Below are positions 1 through 14,093 of a DNA stretch of 64,000 nucleotides, one piece after another. The first letter of the stretch is position 1; each line of letters opens with the position of its first letter. The notes beneath the pieces are model-generated. The model had not been told where the DNA came from. It searched no databases and worked only from the letters and a program-made list of their open reading frames with translations. The DNA is from Haliotis rufescens (lineage: Eukaryota): positions 62,001 to 126,000 of the forward strand of contig NW_025964359.1 in the NCBI RefSeq assembly GCF_023055435.1. Reading direction: 5' to 3'. A program made the position numbers and the translations under genes.

Positions 1-260
1 TGGCCCAGTCGTCTGATGCGCCACAATTCGCTGAGCCGTTACTCGTGCCAGAAACGCATGATCGTTGTTTCGAATCCCGGTTCGCCCTGATTAGGTTAAT
101 AGCTTCGTCAACACCATACCCATGTTCGTGGGGTGTCACCAAACCCCACGGTAAACGTCTAAGACCTGCATTAAGTCTGGCTTGGCCTCTCACAAGTAGC
201 CGTCTCATCATGGTGTGACTGAACGTCCTCTAAAAGTGACGTTAAACCCAACTCACTCAC
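1..260 (+). mobile_element. tRNA-derived SINE copy (5' end cut by window), (ACTC)n tail
   Basis: B-box-like TTCGAATCCC at ~69-78 and tail GTTAAACCCAACTCACTCAC; same family as minus-strand copies at 3050, 14314 and 25757. Confidence 0.7.
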
Positions 261-2338
261 ATATTCGACCATGACGCTGTGATTATGAGCGAGAAAATGT
301 TGTTTCACACTTATTAACAGCGTTTCATTATGACGACACAGTAAATGTTCGTGTCTGGACCAGGCAAACAAGTGGTTGATAGCATGAGTAACTTTCCATA
401 CAGTAGAGGCAAGGTCACATCCTTCATTTCATTTTTAAAAAGTACAAGCCCCCGGTAAAAGAACATGAGTGTCAAGTTCAATATTAGATCAAATTGTTGA
501 CAATGTGCTTTCGAAACGGTTAGGTTTTTCATATAATGTATGGAAGGTGGCGTAAAAACAGATAAAGGGATCTAAGCACTCCCGGTATTAAGCGTTGTTC
601 TGGAGTAAGACGCATAAATATTTTCGTTATTTTAGTTAACGTTTGGTCTCCAAAACTGAACTGGCGAGTGCTACCGGTAGGGCAGGGAATGACTACCCTA
701 GCGAACACCTGGTGTCATCACTGATTTTCAGTTGTCCTTTCATATAAATTCCACAGCTATTTGCCCTTTACGCCAAGTGGAATCTTTTTCGGCAGATCTA
801 GGCTTGTAATTATCTTGCATTGACAATTCATGCTTAAGCATTCTAACTAAACTTCAACCGGAAACCATCGTAATACTAAGTTATTTTCTGTAGTGTATGA
901 TTATTAAAATATGGCACTTACCGCGATGTGTGAAGCACCAAACTTCAAGAACAGAGAATCGCTGCTACCCGCAGGACGTAAGTTTGCATTATTCTTCCCA
1001 AGCCTTCCCTGTGCTTCACGCTTCATGATATCATTGATTTTCTCCGTACATTAAAATGCTCTACCTTGTAACATAATAAATATCAGATCAAATACACTAT
1101 TATCGCACTAATGGTAAACCCTGCTCGCATTCTATCAACATACAAGTGTTTATAATTATCCAATGCACTTGAAAACCTTGATATTGATGAAGCAATAAAC
1201 AGGGTGGAGCAAATACTTTGACTTCAGTCAGGAAAGAAGTGACAAGATAATCAATCTTGTATACTAAAATTGATTATTTTCTTTGCTAGAATTTCAACAG
1301 ATTGAGATTGAATAATTTTTATAGGTAAGGTGTCATTTCGTTTCTTATTTTAGTGACCGTCCCTATTGGTTGCAAGGAAAGGGTTACAGTTCTTGTAGGG
1401 GGGGGTAGAGAAGTCCAAGTCGCCGTAATTCAATTCCTAGCCCACGATCGTGGTCGTGGGTTTCATCGTTACATTAGAGTGACACGCAGCCAGTTTACTT
1501 ACATTGTTCGCAAAACCATAAACACTAAAGGGGACCTCTACATGTTATTTTGCTGTTACCAATCACGTACTCAAATCAAAAGTAAATGTAACAGTGAAAA
1601 TATTTGGACTAAGGACAGTTAATAATGCAGATGATTATACATGCATTACTGTCGCTGTTTATAACAACAAACCACTTTCCCAAGACAGACCTGGGCACCG
1701 ATGACGTTTACTGCGCAAACAATTTTAAAATATAAACAGCCGTGAGAAAATGTTCAGTCTTATTGAACCCCTGTAAACATTAAATATTCAAAGGAAAGGA
1801 GAATGGTCTTGAGTGATAGGATAATTTAGATCAAGACCTGTTTCATTTGCCCCTGTACATAAATAGTTATTGATCGACGTATCTAAGAATGTCAATGCCC
1901 TTGGCCCCATGACAAGACATGGGGATCGTTTGCAAGATACAAATCAGTTGTAGACATTGATTACGCTTCATCATGTGAATGGATGTACTGAAACGAATCA
2001 ACACCTCTAGTAACTAGATCTTGGCATCGAAAATGTACCCCTTTCTAAACGAGGGTTGCGTTCCTCTGGCGCGCAAGGATTCGATGGTTATAAGGGTCGA
2101 ATACACGATTCACCACCATACGAACATTTTGGGTTTTCTTCACCATACCCGCGCTCTTAGGTTTCACCAATGTGGAAAACATCTGAAACATGCGCCATTG
2201 TGCGCCTATCTTTCCTGTAAGAATACCCTTGGAAATAGTGGACAAGCGAGACATAAACATCTTTTTGTGAGGAATGTTTAAGAAATTACTATGGTTATAG
2301 TTATAGCAATGTGCGCATGCGCAGTTGGTACAAGCACG

Positions 2339-2622
2339 CCGTATTTCCTCTATTAAACGCTTGGGCGTCTATTAATTTCGCGCAAGACGTTGAACGGCGT
2401 CTTTTATAGGCCGGCGTCTATTACAGTTCCGGCGTCTTGTCGGTTTAATGCCGGTACAGACACGGTGACCGCTCACTACCTTACCAAACACAAAAGGTAC
2501 ATTTGCACGAAACGGTCATTATTAATCTCCAACATATCACTGTGACAGTATTCTATTATCTGGACAGATCGTATGGCCCGGCGTCAATTAGAGGGCAGCC
2601 GTGTATTGGATGAAATACGGTA
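2339..2622. mobile_element. MITE-like non-autonomous DNA element
   Basis: Ends CCGTATTTC...GAAATACGG are inverted; internal GGCGTCTATTA-like repeats; similar element at ~45747-46083. Confidence 0.5.
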
Positions 2623-2747
2623 CATGTATACACACTATTATAAAATATGATGCAACATTTTCTCAAAATGTTATTCGTTTCTATTTCACTGGAACTGAAA
2701 AATAAGTACACAAATAAGTAGTTAATGACATGACACTCCTGGATCAG

Positions 2748-2850
2748 AGGGGTGGTCGGGTAGCCTAGTGGTTAAAGAGTTTGCTCGTCACGCCGAAGAC
2801 CCGGGTTCGATTCCCGACACGGGTACAATGTGTGAAGCCCATTTCTAGTA
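2748..2850 (+). mobile_element. SINE tRNA-like head (second family)
   Basis: A-box TAGCCTAGTGG and B-box GGTTCGATTCC; reverse-complement copies with (GAGT)n tails at 44780-44950 and 47070-47245. Confidence 0.7.
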
Positions 2851-3049
2851 GGATCAGTGAGTGAGTTGGGTGTAACGCCGCTTTGAACAGTATTTCCGTT
2901 ATATCAAAGAATGGCTGCTTAATGTTGAGGGGAGATACAGATCTTAGACGTTTACCAACACGAGTTGGTGCTGACAAACATAGAAACCTAATTAGATCAA
3001 CCTAATCATTGGATTCGAACACACTATCACAGGTTTCTGCCACGCCTTA

Positions 3050-3325
3050 AGTGAGTGAGTGAGTGAGTTGGGTTTAACGCCGCTTTTAACAGTAGTCCAG
3101 TTATATCACGGCGTGTCAGCTTAATGATGGAGGAAAGCCCGAAGTGATGCAGGTCTTAGAAGTTTACCACTTCGGTGAAAACCAAGGGTATGGTGCTGAC
3201 AAACCTAGAAACATAATCGGGGCGAACCGGGATTCGAACCCACAATCATAGGTTTCTTGCGTGTCCAAGGGACGCAACTCTGCAAAGAGAATCGCGGCGC
3301 CTTAGACGACTGGGCCACCCGTGCC
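3050..3325 (-). mobile_element. tRNA-derived SINE, near full length
   Basis: (GAGT)n tail at left and GGGATTCGAACCC (B-box, reverse); near-identical to 14314-14600 and 25757-26020. Confidence 0.8.
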
Positions 3326-3490
3326 ACCATCACGCCTTGCGCACGGCGACTTGCGGCGCCTAAGACGAATAGACAGACTATCCATGCGCCCGACTAAATT
3401 ATGAATGATGACATGGAATTCCATCCTCAGCTGAGATATCTTCGCATTCTTTTACAATAAATAAATAATGAACCATCCATACATGTTGAG

Positions 3491-4982
3491 GAAACTGTGC
3501 ACGGAGAAAATATATTCTGGATTGAAATACAACACAGCAAGAACAAAATGATGCAGACACTGTAGCAGCTGAATGATCGGACCATAAGAAAATGTCAACG
3601 GGACCTGAACAACATCTGTTACGATGACGTCAGAAGATCAAAATGGAGTAGGGGGTCAAACGACAAAGTCACAAAGTCAATAACGGGTATGACCACCCTG
3701 TGCGTGAATCACAGCAGTGCATCGGCGACGCATTGAATCCACCAAATGGGCATGGAAGGCCTGGGGAATGGCCTGCCATATCCTCCTCAAATCCTGTGCC
3801 AAGTCACGGACGTTATCTGGAGGATGTGGAAGACGACGCAGACTGCGCTCCATTTCACCCCACACATGCTCTATTGTGGAGAGATCTGGAGAAATTGCAG
3901 GCCATGGCAGTAACATGACATTGTTATGGTGAAGGAAATCCATTGCGACCCTAGCCGTGTGAGGACGAGCGTTGTCCTGTTGAAATGTCAATCCCGGGCC
4001 ATGAAGTTGCAGGAAAGGAATGACCACAGGCCTCAGAATCTGATCTCTGTAGCCAACACCGGTGAGATTGCCCTGAACAACCACCAAAGGGGTTCGGTGC
4101 CGTGCTGTTATCACACAGCCACCTCCAAAACGATTCCTCTCCTAAATACAGTTGCGTGCATAACGTACTCCCAAACGCCGGTAGACACGTTGGCGCCCGT
4201 CACTGTGGGAAATGTTGAACCTCGATTCATCCGTAAAGACAACATTTATCCACCATATTCGAGGTTAGCGAACATGATTTCGACCCCATCTTAGACGGTT
4301 GACTCGATGACGGTGTGTCAGGATGGGACGTATGGCAGGGCGTCGTGGTCGAATCCCGTACTGACGTAAACGATTCCTGACAGTGTTGGGATGGATACGG
4401 CGCAGTCCAGGAATTGTCTGGGACGTCGTTACTGCCGTTTGGAACCTGTGTCGGAGATGTGTAACTCGAATCCATCTGTCCTGTCTTGGCGTCGTTACTC
4501 GGGGACGTCCTGAACGTGGGTTGCCGGCAACGTCATTTGTGTTCTGATAACGCCTCACCAATGCCGATATCGTGTTACGATGGCATTGGAAATGTGTTGC
4601 CACCAGTTGTTGCCTCATTCCCGCTCGGATCATTCCAATGGCTTCATGACGCTGTGCAGCTGTCAATCTTGGCACGATTTGCTTGTGATATGCTAGTGTC
4701 TGCGCCTGAGAAGTTTTGAATTTTTGAATGACCACAGATCATGCTTTCCAAAGTGACAGCGAATTTTGAGTTGCACATGCTGTGTACAGCTGCACAGGAT
4801 GCACGTGCAGTAACACATTGCACGTCCATAGGCCCCCATCAATGACGTCATATCGCATGACACCTGCATGAGCGTTTGAATGTCTCCAATAATTGCTGTG
4901 TTCAAACCTATCTTTCATATATGGACGGTGTGCCCTTATATCTATATTTTCTCCGTGCACAGTTTCTTTATGTGGCAAGTAT
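3491..4982 (-). mobile_element. Tc1-like (DD34E) transposon, transposase disrupted
   Basis: HTH ORF 4265-4735 (GRPRVTT), FTDESRF, and QQDNARPH and SPDLSTIEHVW in ORF 3677-4114; inverted ends GAAACTGTGCACGGAGAAAATATA (3491) and its complement (~4943-4966). Confidence 0.9.
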
Positions 4983-5369
4983 ACTATATTGAATCTGACT
5001 AGCCATACAATTTCATTCCACCTAACGATTAAGGTATGTATTTCTAAAATTTCATTTTTTTAACAATTGACTTACCTTTGCGTGTGTTTGTAACGGGTGC
5101 CAACGGTGGGGCAGAACATGTTCATCCTTTCGCGAACACCTGGTATGAACAGTGAACACTTTTTGACAGGGATTTATAAACACATGCTCATGAAGAAGTC
5201 GGAATCGTACAATAACCAAAAAAATACCCGGGAAGATATAGTACAAGTCAAGAAAGGGAATTGCATCCTACGTCGTTTTTGAAACATGCGTCAAATTTGG
5301 AAATGTTCTCCACATAAAACGTTTTGAACGCTTTGCTGAGGTCACATATGTTGATACATTGTGTGTAGT

Positions 5370-5560
5370 TAAGAGGCGACTTACGGGATCAGGTGGTTGG
5401 GTGCGCTGACTTGGTTAAAGAATGTCATCGATTCCAATTGCGTGGATCGATGCTCATGATATCAATCACTGGATTGTCTGGTCCAGACTCGATTATTTAC
5501 AGACCGCCGTCATATAGCTGGAATATTGCTGAGTACGGAGTTAATCAACAAATAAACAAA
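5370..5560 (+). mobile_element. Dispersed SINE-like repeat (AGAGGCGACT...ACAGACCGCCGTCATATAGCTGG family)
   Basis: The same sequence recurs at 12490-12740(-), 13664-13925, 25045-25205(-), 29668-30120 and 45277-45540. Confidence 0.7.
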
Positions 5561-5689
5561 CAAACATAACACACTTACTGAAACAACAAACCAACTAACC
5601 AACATCGCCCAAACGCATCGTTTTGTACTTTTTTCACATTTAAAACGGATATTTCGAAATTGTCACGAATTAAGGGTCGAATAAAATCT

Positions 5690-6120
5690 GCATGCACTAC
5701 TTCGCACGTGGTTTTCTGGGAAATGACGTGTAGTTGTGTTGGGTATAAAAGGATGGTATTCTTTCGGTAAACTGTCTACTGTTGCTTGCCAACGATATGG
5801 ATCTGCAAGTGATCGCCCACGATCTGGCAGACCAGGGATCACAAGTGCAGCTCAGGACAGGCTCATCCGGGTCTTCCATCTACGTCATCGGAATGTTACA
5901 GCGACTAACTGGTCTGCGTAGGGTGTCGTTGGGTGTCGGCGCAATATGTAATCGTCTTCGTGAGCTTGGACTTCGAGCCCGAAGTAGTATTGCGGTGCTA
6001 TCCGACATCAGCAACGGACAACTAGTTATATATAATAAATATACGTAAAAACCTAAAGTGAAATTAAAACAAATATATACAAAAACTACATCGGCCACAG
6101 TAGTGTCATGGTTTGTGTGT

Positions 6121-6194
<74 letters not shown>

Positions 6195-6520
6195 TAAATT
6201 CCTTTCAATCATTGACCACCAGAGGGAGCTGTTTCAACAGGACAACGCTCGACCGCACACAGCTCGTGTCACGGTGGACTACCTTCATAGTGCCAACATC
6301 AATCCCTGCCCTGTCCCCTCGAGATCTCCAGATCTCAACCCAAGCGAACACCTCTGGTATGAACTCGATCGACGTGTACGTCAACGTCAGAACCTGCCGC
6401 AGGCACTCCAACAACTTGCCAACGCGTTACAAGCAGAATGGCGCAGAATTCCGCAGGACAGAATTCGTACACTTATCCAGTCAGTGCCGAGGAAATGCAG
6501 AGCCGTGATACTGAATTAAG
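5690..6520 (+). mobile_element. Degenerate Tc1-like transposase remnant interrupted by (GT)n
   Basis: DRPRSGRP, QQDNARPH and SPDLNPSEHLW motifs in fragmented ORFs. Confidence 0.8.
6113..6190. repeat. (GT)n microsatellite
   Basis: Seen directly. Confidence 0.95.
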
Positions 6521-6750
6521 CGCAACCTTGTGGCTTTATGTGACATGACAATGAACAGTTTTCAATGCCTTTTTACGACAACAAATGACTATCGAGCTCG
6601 AAAATTTCCTGTTTGTATCTATGATATCAAAATAAATATATCGATTTTATTAGGTACAATAAATTTGATGAGAGATGATGGTTGATGATGAAGACGATTC
6701 ATGACGATGATGATGATGATGATGATGATTGACGATGGTAATGATGATGA

Positions 6751-7460
6751 AACAATGGCCACAGGTATGGTGTCAATAGTTACAATCACTATTGCAATAT
6801 AGGCATAACTCTGATTTGTCATTGCGTTCGTTTCATACATACATTTGTCGTCATACAGTGTGGAAAACCTTGCTTCTTTCGACATAATTGCAAAAGTAGA
6901 GTTCTTGTGTGGAATATTTTACCCCGAATGCCACATCATGGCCCATTTGAAAGCTAAAGATGTCTAATTTATCATAAACCCACGTAGACATTACTTTGAA
7001 AAAATACGACACACTTTCAAAATCCTAAACTATACACGTTCTGCAAAAGGAGAAAGAAACTATATTACATGCTGATTATAAGTTATTAAAATGAAGAATT
7101 GTAAGCAAAAGCGACAAAACCCTTCCCATTTTTATAAAACAGTCTCTGTCGAAAACAGATTCCGACTATATCATGAGCATGGTGTTACCAGTTGTTCGAG
7201 AAAAGGTGAGCGTAACCAATCTCTGTCGAAAACAGAGTCGATTGTACGATTCCGACTATATCATGAGCATGGTTTTACCATTTGTTCGAGAAAAGGTGAG
7301 CGTATCCTGCCATACCGGTGGCTCCCGTCATAAACATACGCAAACGCAAGTCAAAACCTTTAGAAAAAACACGGGAACACATGGGACAAATCAAAACAGG
7401 CAATTGCTTTGGACATCATTTTTGTCACTAATGATTTATATTTGGTGATGTCCTCTACCA
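6751..7460 (+). repeat. Local duplicate of 7981-8590 (3' end of lectin-gene exon 1 plus intron start), bracketed by (GAT)n tracts
   Basis: AACAATGGCCAyAGGTATGGTGTCAATAG...GGTGATGTCCTCTACCAT is shared by both copies. Confidence 0.85.
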
Positions 7461-8584
7461 TGATGATTGATGATGAAAACGATTCATGATCTGATGATGA
7501 TGATGATGATTGATGATGATGTCGATGATGATTGATAATGACGATGATAATGATGATGATGGTTATATAATTGACGATGATGATATGCGACCTTGGCTGC
7601 AGCTAAGCCATTCCCGTTATCCTGAAATAGTGTCATTAATATGTAAACGTTTCCTTTGAAACTGAGGTGAATGTGACATTCTCCAGTTTTCATGTGTAGC
7701 ATGATGTCTCCCTATATTCTGTTAAGCCTGATTCTCATATCATGGACCCTTGCATTCAAAGACTGTCCGTGGAACCTGAGACAATTGTATTCTACTGATA
7801 GCCATCTGAATTCCTTCTACAAAGCTGCAAACGTTCCAAGTTTAATGCACTGTGCACATATATGCCTCTCAACAAACCATTGTGATGGAGTGGTCTTCGG
7901 AAGGTCAAATTGTGAAATGTTCACAAGCTTGATACCTGCACCCCTCGGTAGACGCTGTGACGTATTCCATGTTAGAAGGAAACAATGGCCATAGGTATGG
8001 TGTCAATAGTTACAATCACTATTGCATTTTAGGCATAACTATTAATTTGTCATCGCGTTCGTTTCATCCGTACATTTGTCGTCACACAGTGTTGAAGTCC
8101 TTGCTTCTTTCGACATGATTGCAATAGCAGAGTTCTTATGTGGAATATTTTACCCCGAATGCCACATCATGGCTCATTTGAAAGCTAAAGATGTCTTATT
8201 TAATATAGGCCCACGTAGACATTACTTTAAAAAATACGACACACTTTCAAAATCCTAAACTATACACGTTCTACAAAAGGAGAAAGAAACTATATTTCAT
8301 GCTGAGTTATCAAAATGAAGAATTGTAAACAATTTGTATTAACCAATCTCTGTCGAAAACAGAGTCGATTGTACGAATCCGACTATATCATGTGCATGGT
8401 GCTACCAGTTGTTCGAGAAAAGGTGAGCGTATCCTGCCTTACCGGTGGCTCCCGTCATTAACATACACAAACGCAAGTCAATTGTTCACCTGACATAACA
8501 CGGGGACATATAGTACAAGTCAAACAGGCAATTGCTTCGGACATCATTTTTGTCACGAATGATTTAAATTTGGTGATGTCCTCT

Positions 8585-9330
8585 ACCATAAAACCTTTGA
8601 AAGTTTACTGAGGCCTTGAATGTTGTAGCCTTGATCAAACAGCTTCTGAGTCATATGACGCTCTTTGAAATCTTGGTAGAAAGAGCATGGTCGATTGTAT
8701 CTCAAACGTTGTGAAATGTAGACACCAAAGGCTGGAGCTGCTGGAATATTGCTTGACATGAAGGGAAATTTGACTATTAGAAGAAGAATCATCCCTCTTG
8801 TCTTACAGTCTTGTGGAAAGTGTCACTCTGAATCTTTATGCTCTGATCGAAATATGATGAGGCGGTTCAGGTGGGTCAATCAGTGGAAGAAAATTGGCTA
8901 CATTGAATGATATCAGATCATCGATATACCTGAAGCTTAAGGTAAACCTCTCGGGCAAATTACCTTGCTTTGACTTTGTCAATCCGAGCAGAAATTCTTA
9001 ATCATATTCATAAAGAAACGGATCAGAAAGAAAAAAATGCCCATCGGGATGTCTACTTCTTGCCTGAATGTCTTACCCTAAAGTGTCCCGTAGATGTTAT
9101 CAATGAGACAAGCATTTCACATATTATTTTCTCAGTAAATCTCAGATGGCATTTGCTTTCATTTTTTAAAAACTTGACCTGAACCTCTCCTCATCTATGT
9201 TTACGACGTTTTACAGCAAAATCCCCATGGATCAAAAAATGAAGTTTTTCATGTGGGATAGTGGTGTACAAAGTTGAAAAATCAAACGTATTGACATAAT
9301 TTAACCTGGTTCTCTTCTGTAAAAAGTCAA
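8585..9330 (-). mobile_element. Penelope-like reverse transcriptase remnant in intron
   Basis: Minus-strand IPMG (~9045), FRYIDDLISFN (~8903-8935) and FPFMSSNIPAAPAFGVYISQ (ORF 8583-8792). Confidence 0.75.
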
Positions 9331-10099
9331 GCAAATCCTTAATATATCGTCTCTTGCAATGTGAAGTCTTTTAGATCATGAATTTTTGCTTTGTTTCAGC
9401 GATTTATCATGCACCACATACAACTTAAGATGAAACAAAATTCCAATCTGAAAAACAAATGGAGGATACTTGATTATAATTGCAAGGGAACGATAGCTGG
9501 TCAGGCATCATTCCTAAATGCGTCTCTGCCTAACAATAAGTGGAAGACAAGTCTTCAAACGACGATAATCTAAATTACAAGAATAAAATAGCCTCTACGT
9601 TGTCTACGGATGATAATATCAATAACAAGAGAAAGATGCATAAAAAGAATGATGTGCCCTCCCCAAATAGAAGTTTGAATAATAAACAGATAGAGGTAGT
9701 TAGTCTGGTGTCCTCTTCATATGGTATTCATCACACCACCAATAAGAAGAACCCTGATCAGAAGTTCACCTTGCAAGACAACAGGCACAACCACAAGAGC
9801 CCGTTTGTCGATCAGGTCTCTTCAAATAGAGATATGAATAATGGCTATATAAAGGTAGATGATCTGCTGTTCTTAGAAAATGACAAAAGATGCAACACAA
9901 CAAAAGATGCTGATCACAAATCGTCTACCACTAACACCTATAATTACAAAACAAAGACAACTTATCAAGCATCTTCATCAAATGACAATTTGCAGAAGAA
10001 CCAGAAAGAGGTATCTGATGACGTGTCATCCCGTAATGATTACCTGAATAAAAAAAGAATGGTAGCTAAAACTTTAAGGTCACAAAAAAACAAATTAAA

Positions 10100-10570
10100 A
10101 GACAACCGGAGAAAGAAAGTTGAAAATATATCCTCTTCAAATGACAATCTAAACAATGACCAGAGAAAGGAATCTGAAAATATATCCTCTTTACGTGATA
10201 ATCATAAAAACAACAAAAGAAAAGAAGGGGAAAATGTGTCTTCTTCTGATGATAATCTGAAAAACAAGAGAAAGGCTAACGACCATATGTCTTCTTCAAA
10301 TGATAATCTGAATATCAAGAGGAAGGCTACTGGCCATGTGTCTTACTCAAATGATAATCTGAAAAAACAAGAGAAAGGCTAATGACCATGTGTCTTCTTC
10401 AAATGATAATCTGAAAAACAAGAGAAAGGCTAATGACCATGTGTCTTACTCAAATGATAATCTGAAAAAACAAGAGAAAGGCTAATGACCATGTGTCCTC
10501 TTCAAATGATAATCTGAAAAACAAGAGAAAGGCTAATGACTATGTGTCTTCTTTAAATGATAAAATGAAA
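10100..10570 (+). repeat. Coding tandem repeat, ~51-54 bp unit (DHVSSSNDNLKNKRKAN)
   Basis: Repeated GACCATGTGTCTTCTTCAAATGATAATCTGAAAAACAAGAGAAAGGCTAAT; some units have an extra A that shifts the frame. Confidence 0.9.
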
Positions 10571-12489
10571 AACTACCAGAGAACGGTAGCTGACAATGAC
10601 AACTTTAATGACAACCATAACATGTTAAAGATGGTTTATGACCAAACAAAGGCAATTGAACATGTGACATCTTCAAACGAAAGGCTCAACAACAGGGTGA
10701 AAACTGTTAATGAAGCGTCCTCCCAAAATTTAATTAATTTAATAACACAAAAAAGGTAGTTAATGAAGTGTCTTCTTCAAATGGTAACTCGAATACCAAC
10801 AGGACGAAAACAGTTGATCAGCGGTTATCCCAGCAAGACAATAAGATAAAGATGGTGGATAAAAAAGTATCTTCAGGTACCAACCTGAGAAACGATGAGA
10901 AATCCATAGATGACCACGTGTCCTCAACATATGATACCCTTCATAACACAAAGACGACGACAGCTGATCAGAGGTCGTTTCGAAATGCCAACCTTAATGA
11001 CAAAAGTAAGTCAGCTGGCCATAAGTCTTCTTCAAGTGACCACATTGATACAGATGAGAAAAACTTGTCTCCTCCGGGGTCTGCTTTTAATGACAAAATC
11101 ACAGCAAATAATATTTTGTCTCCCGATACCAGTCAAAAAAGACAGATAGAAAGGCTCGGACATGGTCGACATCACAAACTAGAAAACACAATGGTTATGC
11201 AGGTTGTTAATGAATCCATCTCCACTGCTCACATTTCTAAATCGATGTTCATCTCAAAGTCAGTAGTAGTCATGGCTACTAATGACATAACAGTATCTAC
11301 AAAGGCACATTGCCCGCTGATGCCACATAACAAAATACGCCCACAGCCCACACACAAGATGACAAAAGGTAAGGAAAAACAGATTGAAACAACGTCACTG
11401 AATAATACATACAATATAAATAAAGTTGTTTTGTTATAATTTGATTTTTTTTAAAACAACTTCAAGTGAACTTCATTAGTCATAAGTGTTCTTAAAATTA
11501 CGTTTGTTAAGCTCAGATGGTTTTCCCTTTGTGAACGTGTACAACTGATGCACATGTATAACTGTTTTCTCTCGTTATAAAAACAACGTGCAAATGGTTT
11601 TCTTTTAATAATGGTAGGCATATATCTTTTCCCAGAGCTATGTTCTCAGCATGATGGATATACCTCGTCACCCTGGAAGCGTCTTCCGCGTAGGGTAGAT
11701 TTCATTTGCCGGAACAGGAAATAGTCACTGGGGGATAAGTCTGGGTTCGAACAGTGACATCACCCACCCTACAGCCCAGACTTAGCCCCCAGGTGAAAAT
11801 CCCCAAGTGGCGTCTACAGCTTTGGTGCAACCTTGGTTCCTTTAAACCAAGGAAACTAGAAACCAGAGTCACGTTAAGGGGATCTTGGTACAGCCAACTT
11901 GGCGTAGCGTATTTCCAAAATTTCATGTTTCTATGAGGAACCCGTGGCGATGAGATCGTCCACAATTAGGTGAGCTTTGACCAATCCAATAAAGATGGCT
12001 GTGTTTCATTTACTTTAGCATCTGCTGGCCAAGATTATAATGCATACAAGAAAGATGGAACTCATTGGACACTGCGGACATTTGATTGTCATACAATTCA
12101 GTTTCAATATCTCTAACGCAAATAGCTATGAAAACTTAATTAAATAGCTATTATCGAAACTTGTGATAATGTCTGTTGTTTAATAAGCATGTCTCGTGTT
12201 GATCATTTACAGGCAAAATAACCACCTTTGCCTTCCTGATGAAGCGATTCTGGATTGGTCTTCAGGCACTGAAGTGTGGAAGCAAATGGGTAGATGGTAG
12301 CGACATGGTTCTAAACTGGTTTCCTAAACACGCGATAAAGGATGCGTGTATATGCGCACGAGCTGATCCTTTCGTTGGAAGGAGATCTTGCAAGAAAACT
12401 GCAGATGCTTTCATGTGCGAGATTGTGTGAAGATCGTGTACATCGATCTTACGAGGAAAACACGTTTCTGTTTGTATCTAAGCTTTGTT

Positions 12490-12740
12490 TGTTTGCGTTT
12501 AACGCCGTATTCCAGCTATATGACGGCGGTCTGTAAATAATCGAGTCTGGCCCAAATAATCCAGTGATTGATATCATGAACATCGATCTACGCAACTGGG
12601 ATACAATGACATCCATCAACCAAGTCAGCGAGCCTGACCACCCGATCCCCTTAGTCGCCTCTTACGACAAGCACAGTCACCTCTTTGGGCAAGAATGGGT
12701 TGCTGAAGACCTATTCTCCACCCGGATCTTCATGGGTCTA
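12490..12740 (-). mobile_element. SINE-like repeat (same family as 5370-5560)
   Basis: Reverse complement of 13664-13925. Confidence 0.7.
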
Positions 12741-13663
12741 AGTAGTGACCTAAACCACATTCTCTAACCCCTTTATTAGTAAATGGTCTGTCCCTTAAGA
12801 AAAACAATGGTGTGATAGTTGTGTATACGTTTCTAAGAATGTGTATTACACATTATACATTTGAGACATTTAACTTTAGTGTCCGCACATGATTTTTATT
12901 ATTGTTGTATCATGCATACATGTACACTACATATACACATGTATATACTAAAATAACTTCATAGCAATTTAAAGGTCACTGTGATCGGTGAGGTCATTAC
13001 TAATGCGAGTCATGGTTAATCTTTCACGATATAATATTTAGTCTGTATGTATTTATGACATATATTGCCAAACAGTTTTAATTTATTGTTTGCGACGTAT
13101 TTGAGTCATTATTTAAACAGGTGAAATAAATGAGAGCACATGCATACATGTTCTATGTTATTTTAACGTATTTGAAAGACAGCATGTATATTTTCTTCTT
13201 ACTACAAGTACAGAAAGATACCGATGGCAAAGTTGTGTCTTAGGTGTACTTGCGGCATATTTTGATAGTCGTTTCGAATCCAAGATGGTCCCTTGGTTCG
13301 TCAGCTCTATAAAGCTCCATAGTAGTAAACGTCTCTATCCCACGTCCCTTGCCCCACTTTACCCCCACGTAGACTTGATACGCCATGACATAACTTAAAT
13401 ACTGTTCAACCCTGACTCAATCTCCGACAAGGGTTAAACTTTGATCAGTTGACTGTGTTAATCATTGTATCGGTTCACAATTCATAGTTGGTTTTTGCTT
13501 TATATTTATTTGATTATGTGTTGTCCACAAACAATCTAGCAAAAGGCCAACTAAATAACTGACGTCCATTCCTGGACTTTGTTGGTGATTCAGGATGGTC
13601 AATACATAAACTGACAACCTTTAGACATATACCTTGTGCAAAAACGACTCCTGTAAGCTGGAT

Positions 13664-13925
13664 ACCCGTGGAATTCCGGGGTAGAATAGGTCTTCAGCAA
13701 CCTATGCTTGCCATTAAAGGCGACTAAGCTTGTCGTAAAAGGCGACTAACGGGATCGGGTGGTCAGGCTCGCTGACTTACAATTACAATTACAATTGCGT
13801 ATATCGATGCTCATGATATCAATCACTGGATTGTCTGGTCCAGGCTCGATTATTTACAGACCGCCGTCATATAGCTGGAATATTGCTGAGTGTGGTGTTA
13901 AACAACAAACAAACCAACCAACCAA
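13664..13925 (+). mobile_element. SINE-like repeat with (AAAC/AACC)n tail
   Basis: Multi-copy family; flanked by a duplicated ACTGACAACCTTTAGACA...GACTCCTGT segment. Confidence 0.7.
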
Positions 13926-13980
13926 TATATACACTGACAACCTTTAGACAGATACCTTCTGCAAAAACGACTCCTGTGAC

Positions 13981-14093
13981 CAGGGCCCACTTGCACAAAG
14001 CGACCTTAGCGCTAAGACTTTTGTAAGCCTATGTTAAAGTATGGGAGTTACGATCATCTTAGCGCTAAGATCGCTTTGTGCAAGTGGGCCCTG
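13981..14093. mobile_element. Palindromic MITE
   Basis: CAGGGCCCACTTGCACAAAGCGA...TCGCTTTGTGCAAGTGGGCCCTG inverted ends. Confidence 0.75.

Larger units (their letters stand above)
7692..12430 (+). pseudogene. Paralog A: signal peptide + PAN/apple-like Cys module + Asn/Lys/Ser tandem repeats + C-type lectin domain; disrupted
   Basis: Exon 1 from 7692 (hydrophobic leader, CAHIC...C); exon 2 ~9400-11368 broken into ORFs 9540, 10493 and 10768, ending CPLMP...MTKG|GT as in paralog B; exon 3 from 11636 (ELCSQHDGY) interrupted; last exon ~12212-12430 (FWIGL..WVDGS..FMCE). Frameshifts and stops relative to paralog B. Confidence 0.75.

Noticed and set aside
2748-2830. tRNA gene (also 51003-51090)
   Set aside because: A/B boxes are present, but the 2748 sequence continues into a multi-copy SINE body with a microsatellite tail and neither copy gives a clean cloverleaf.
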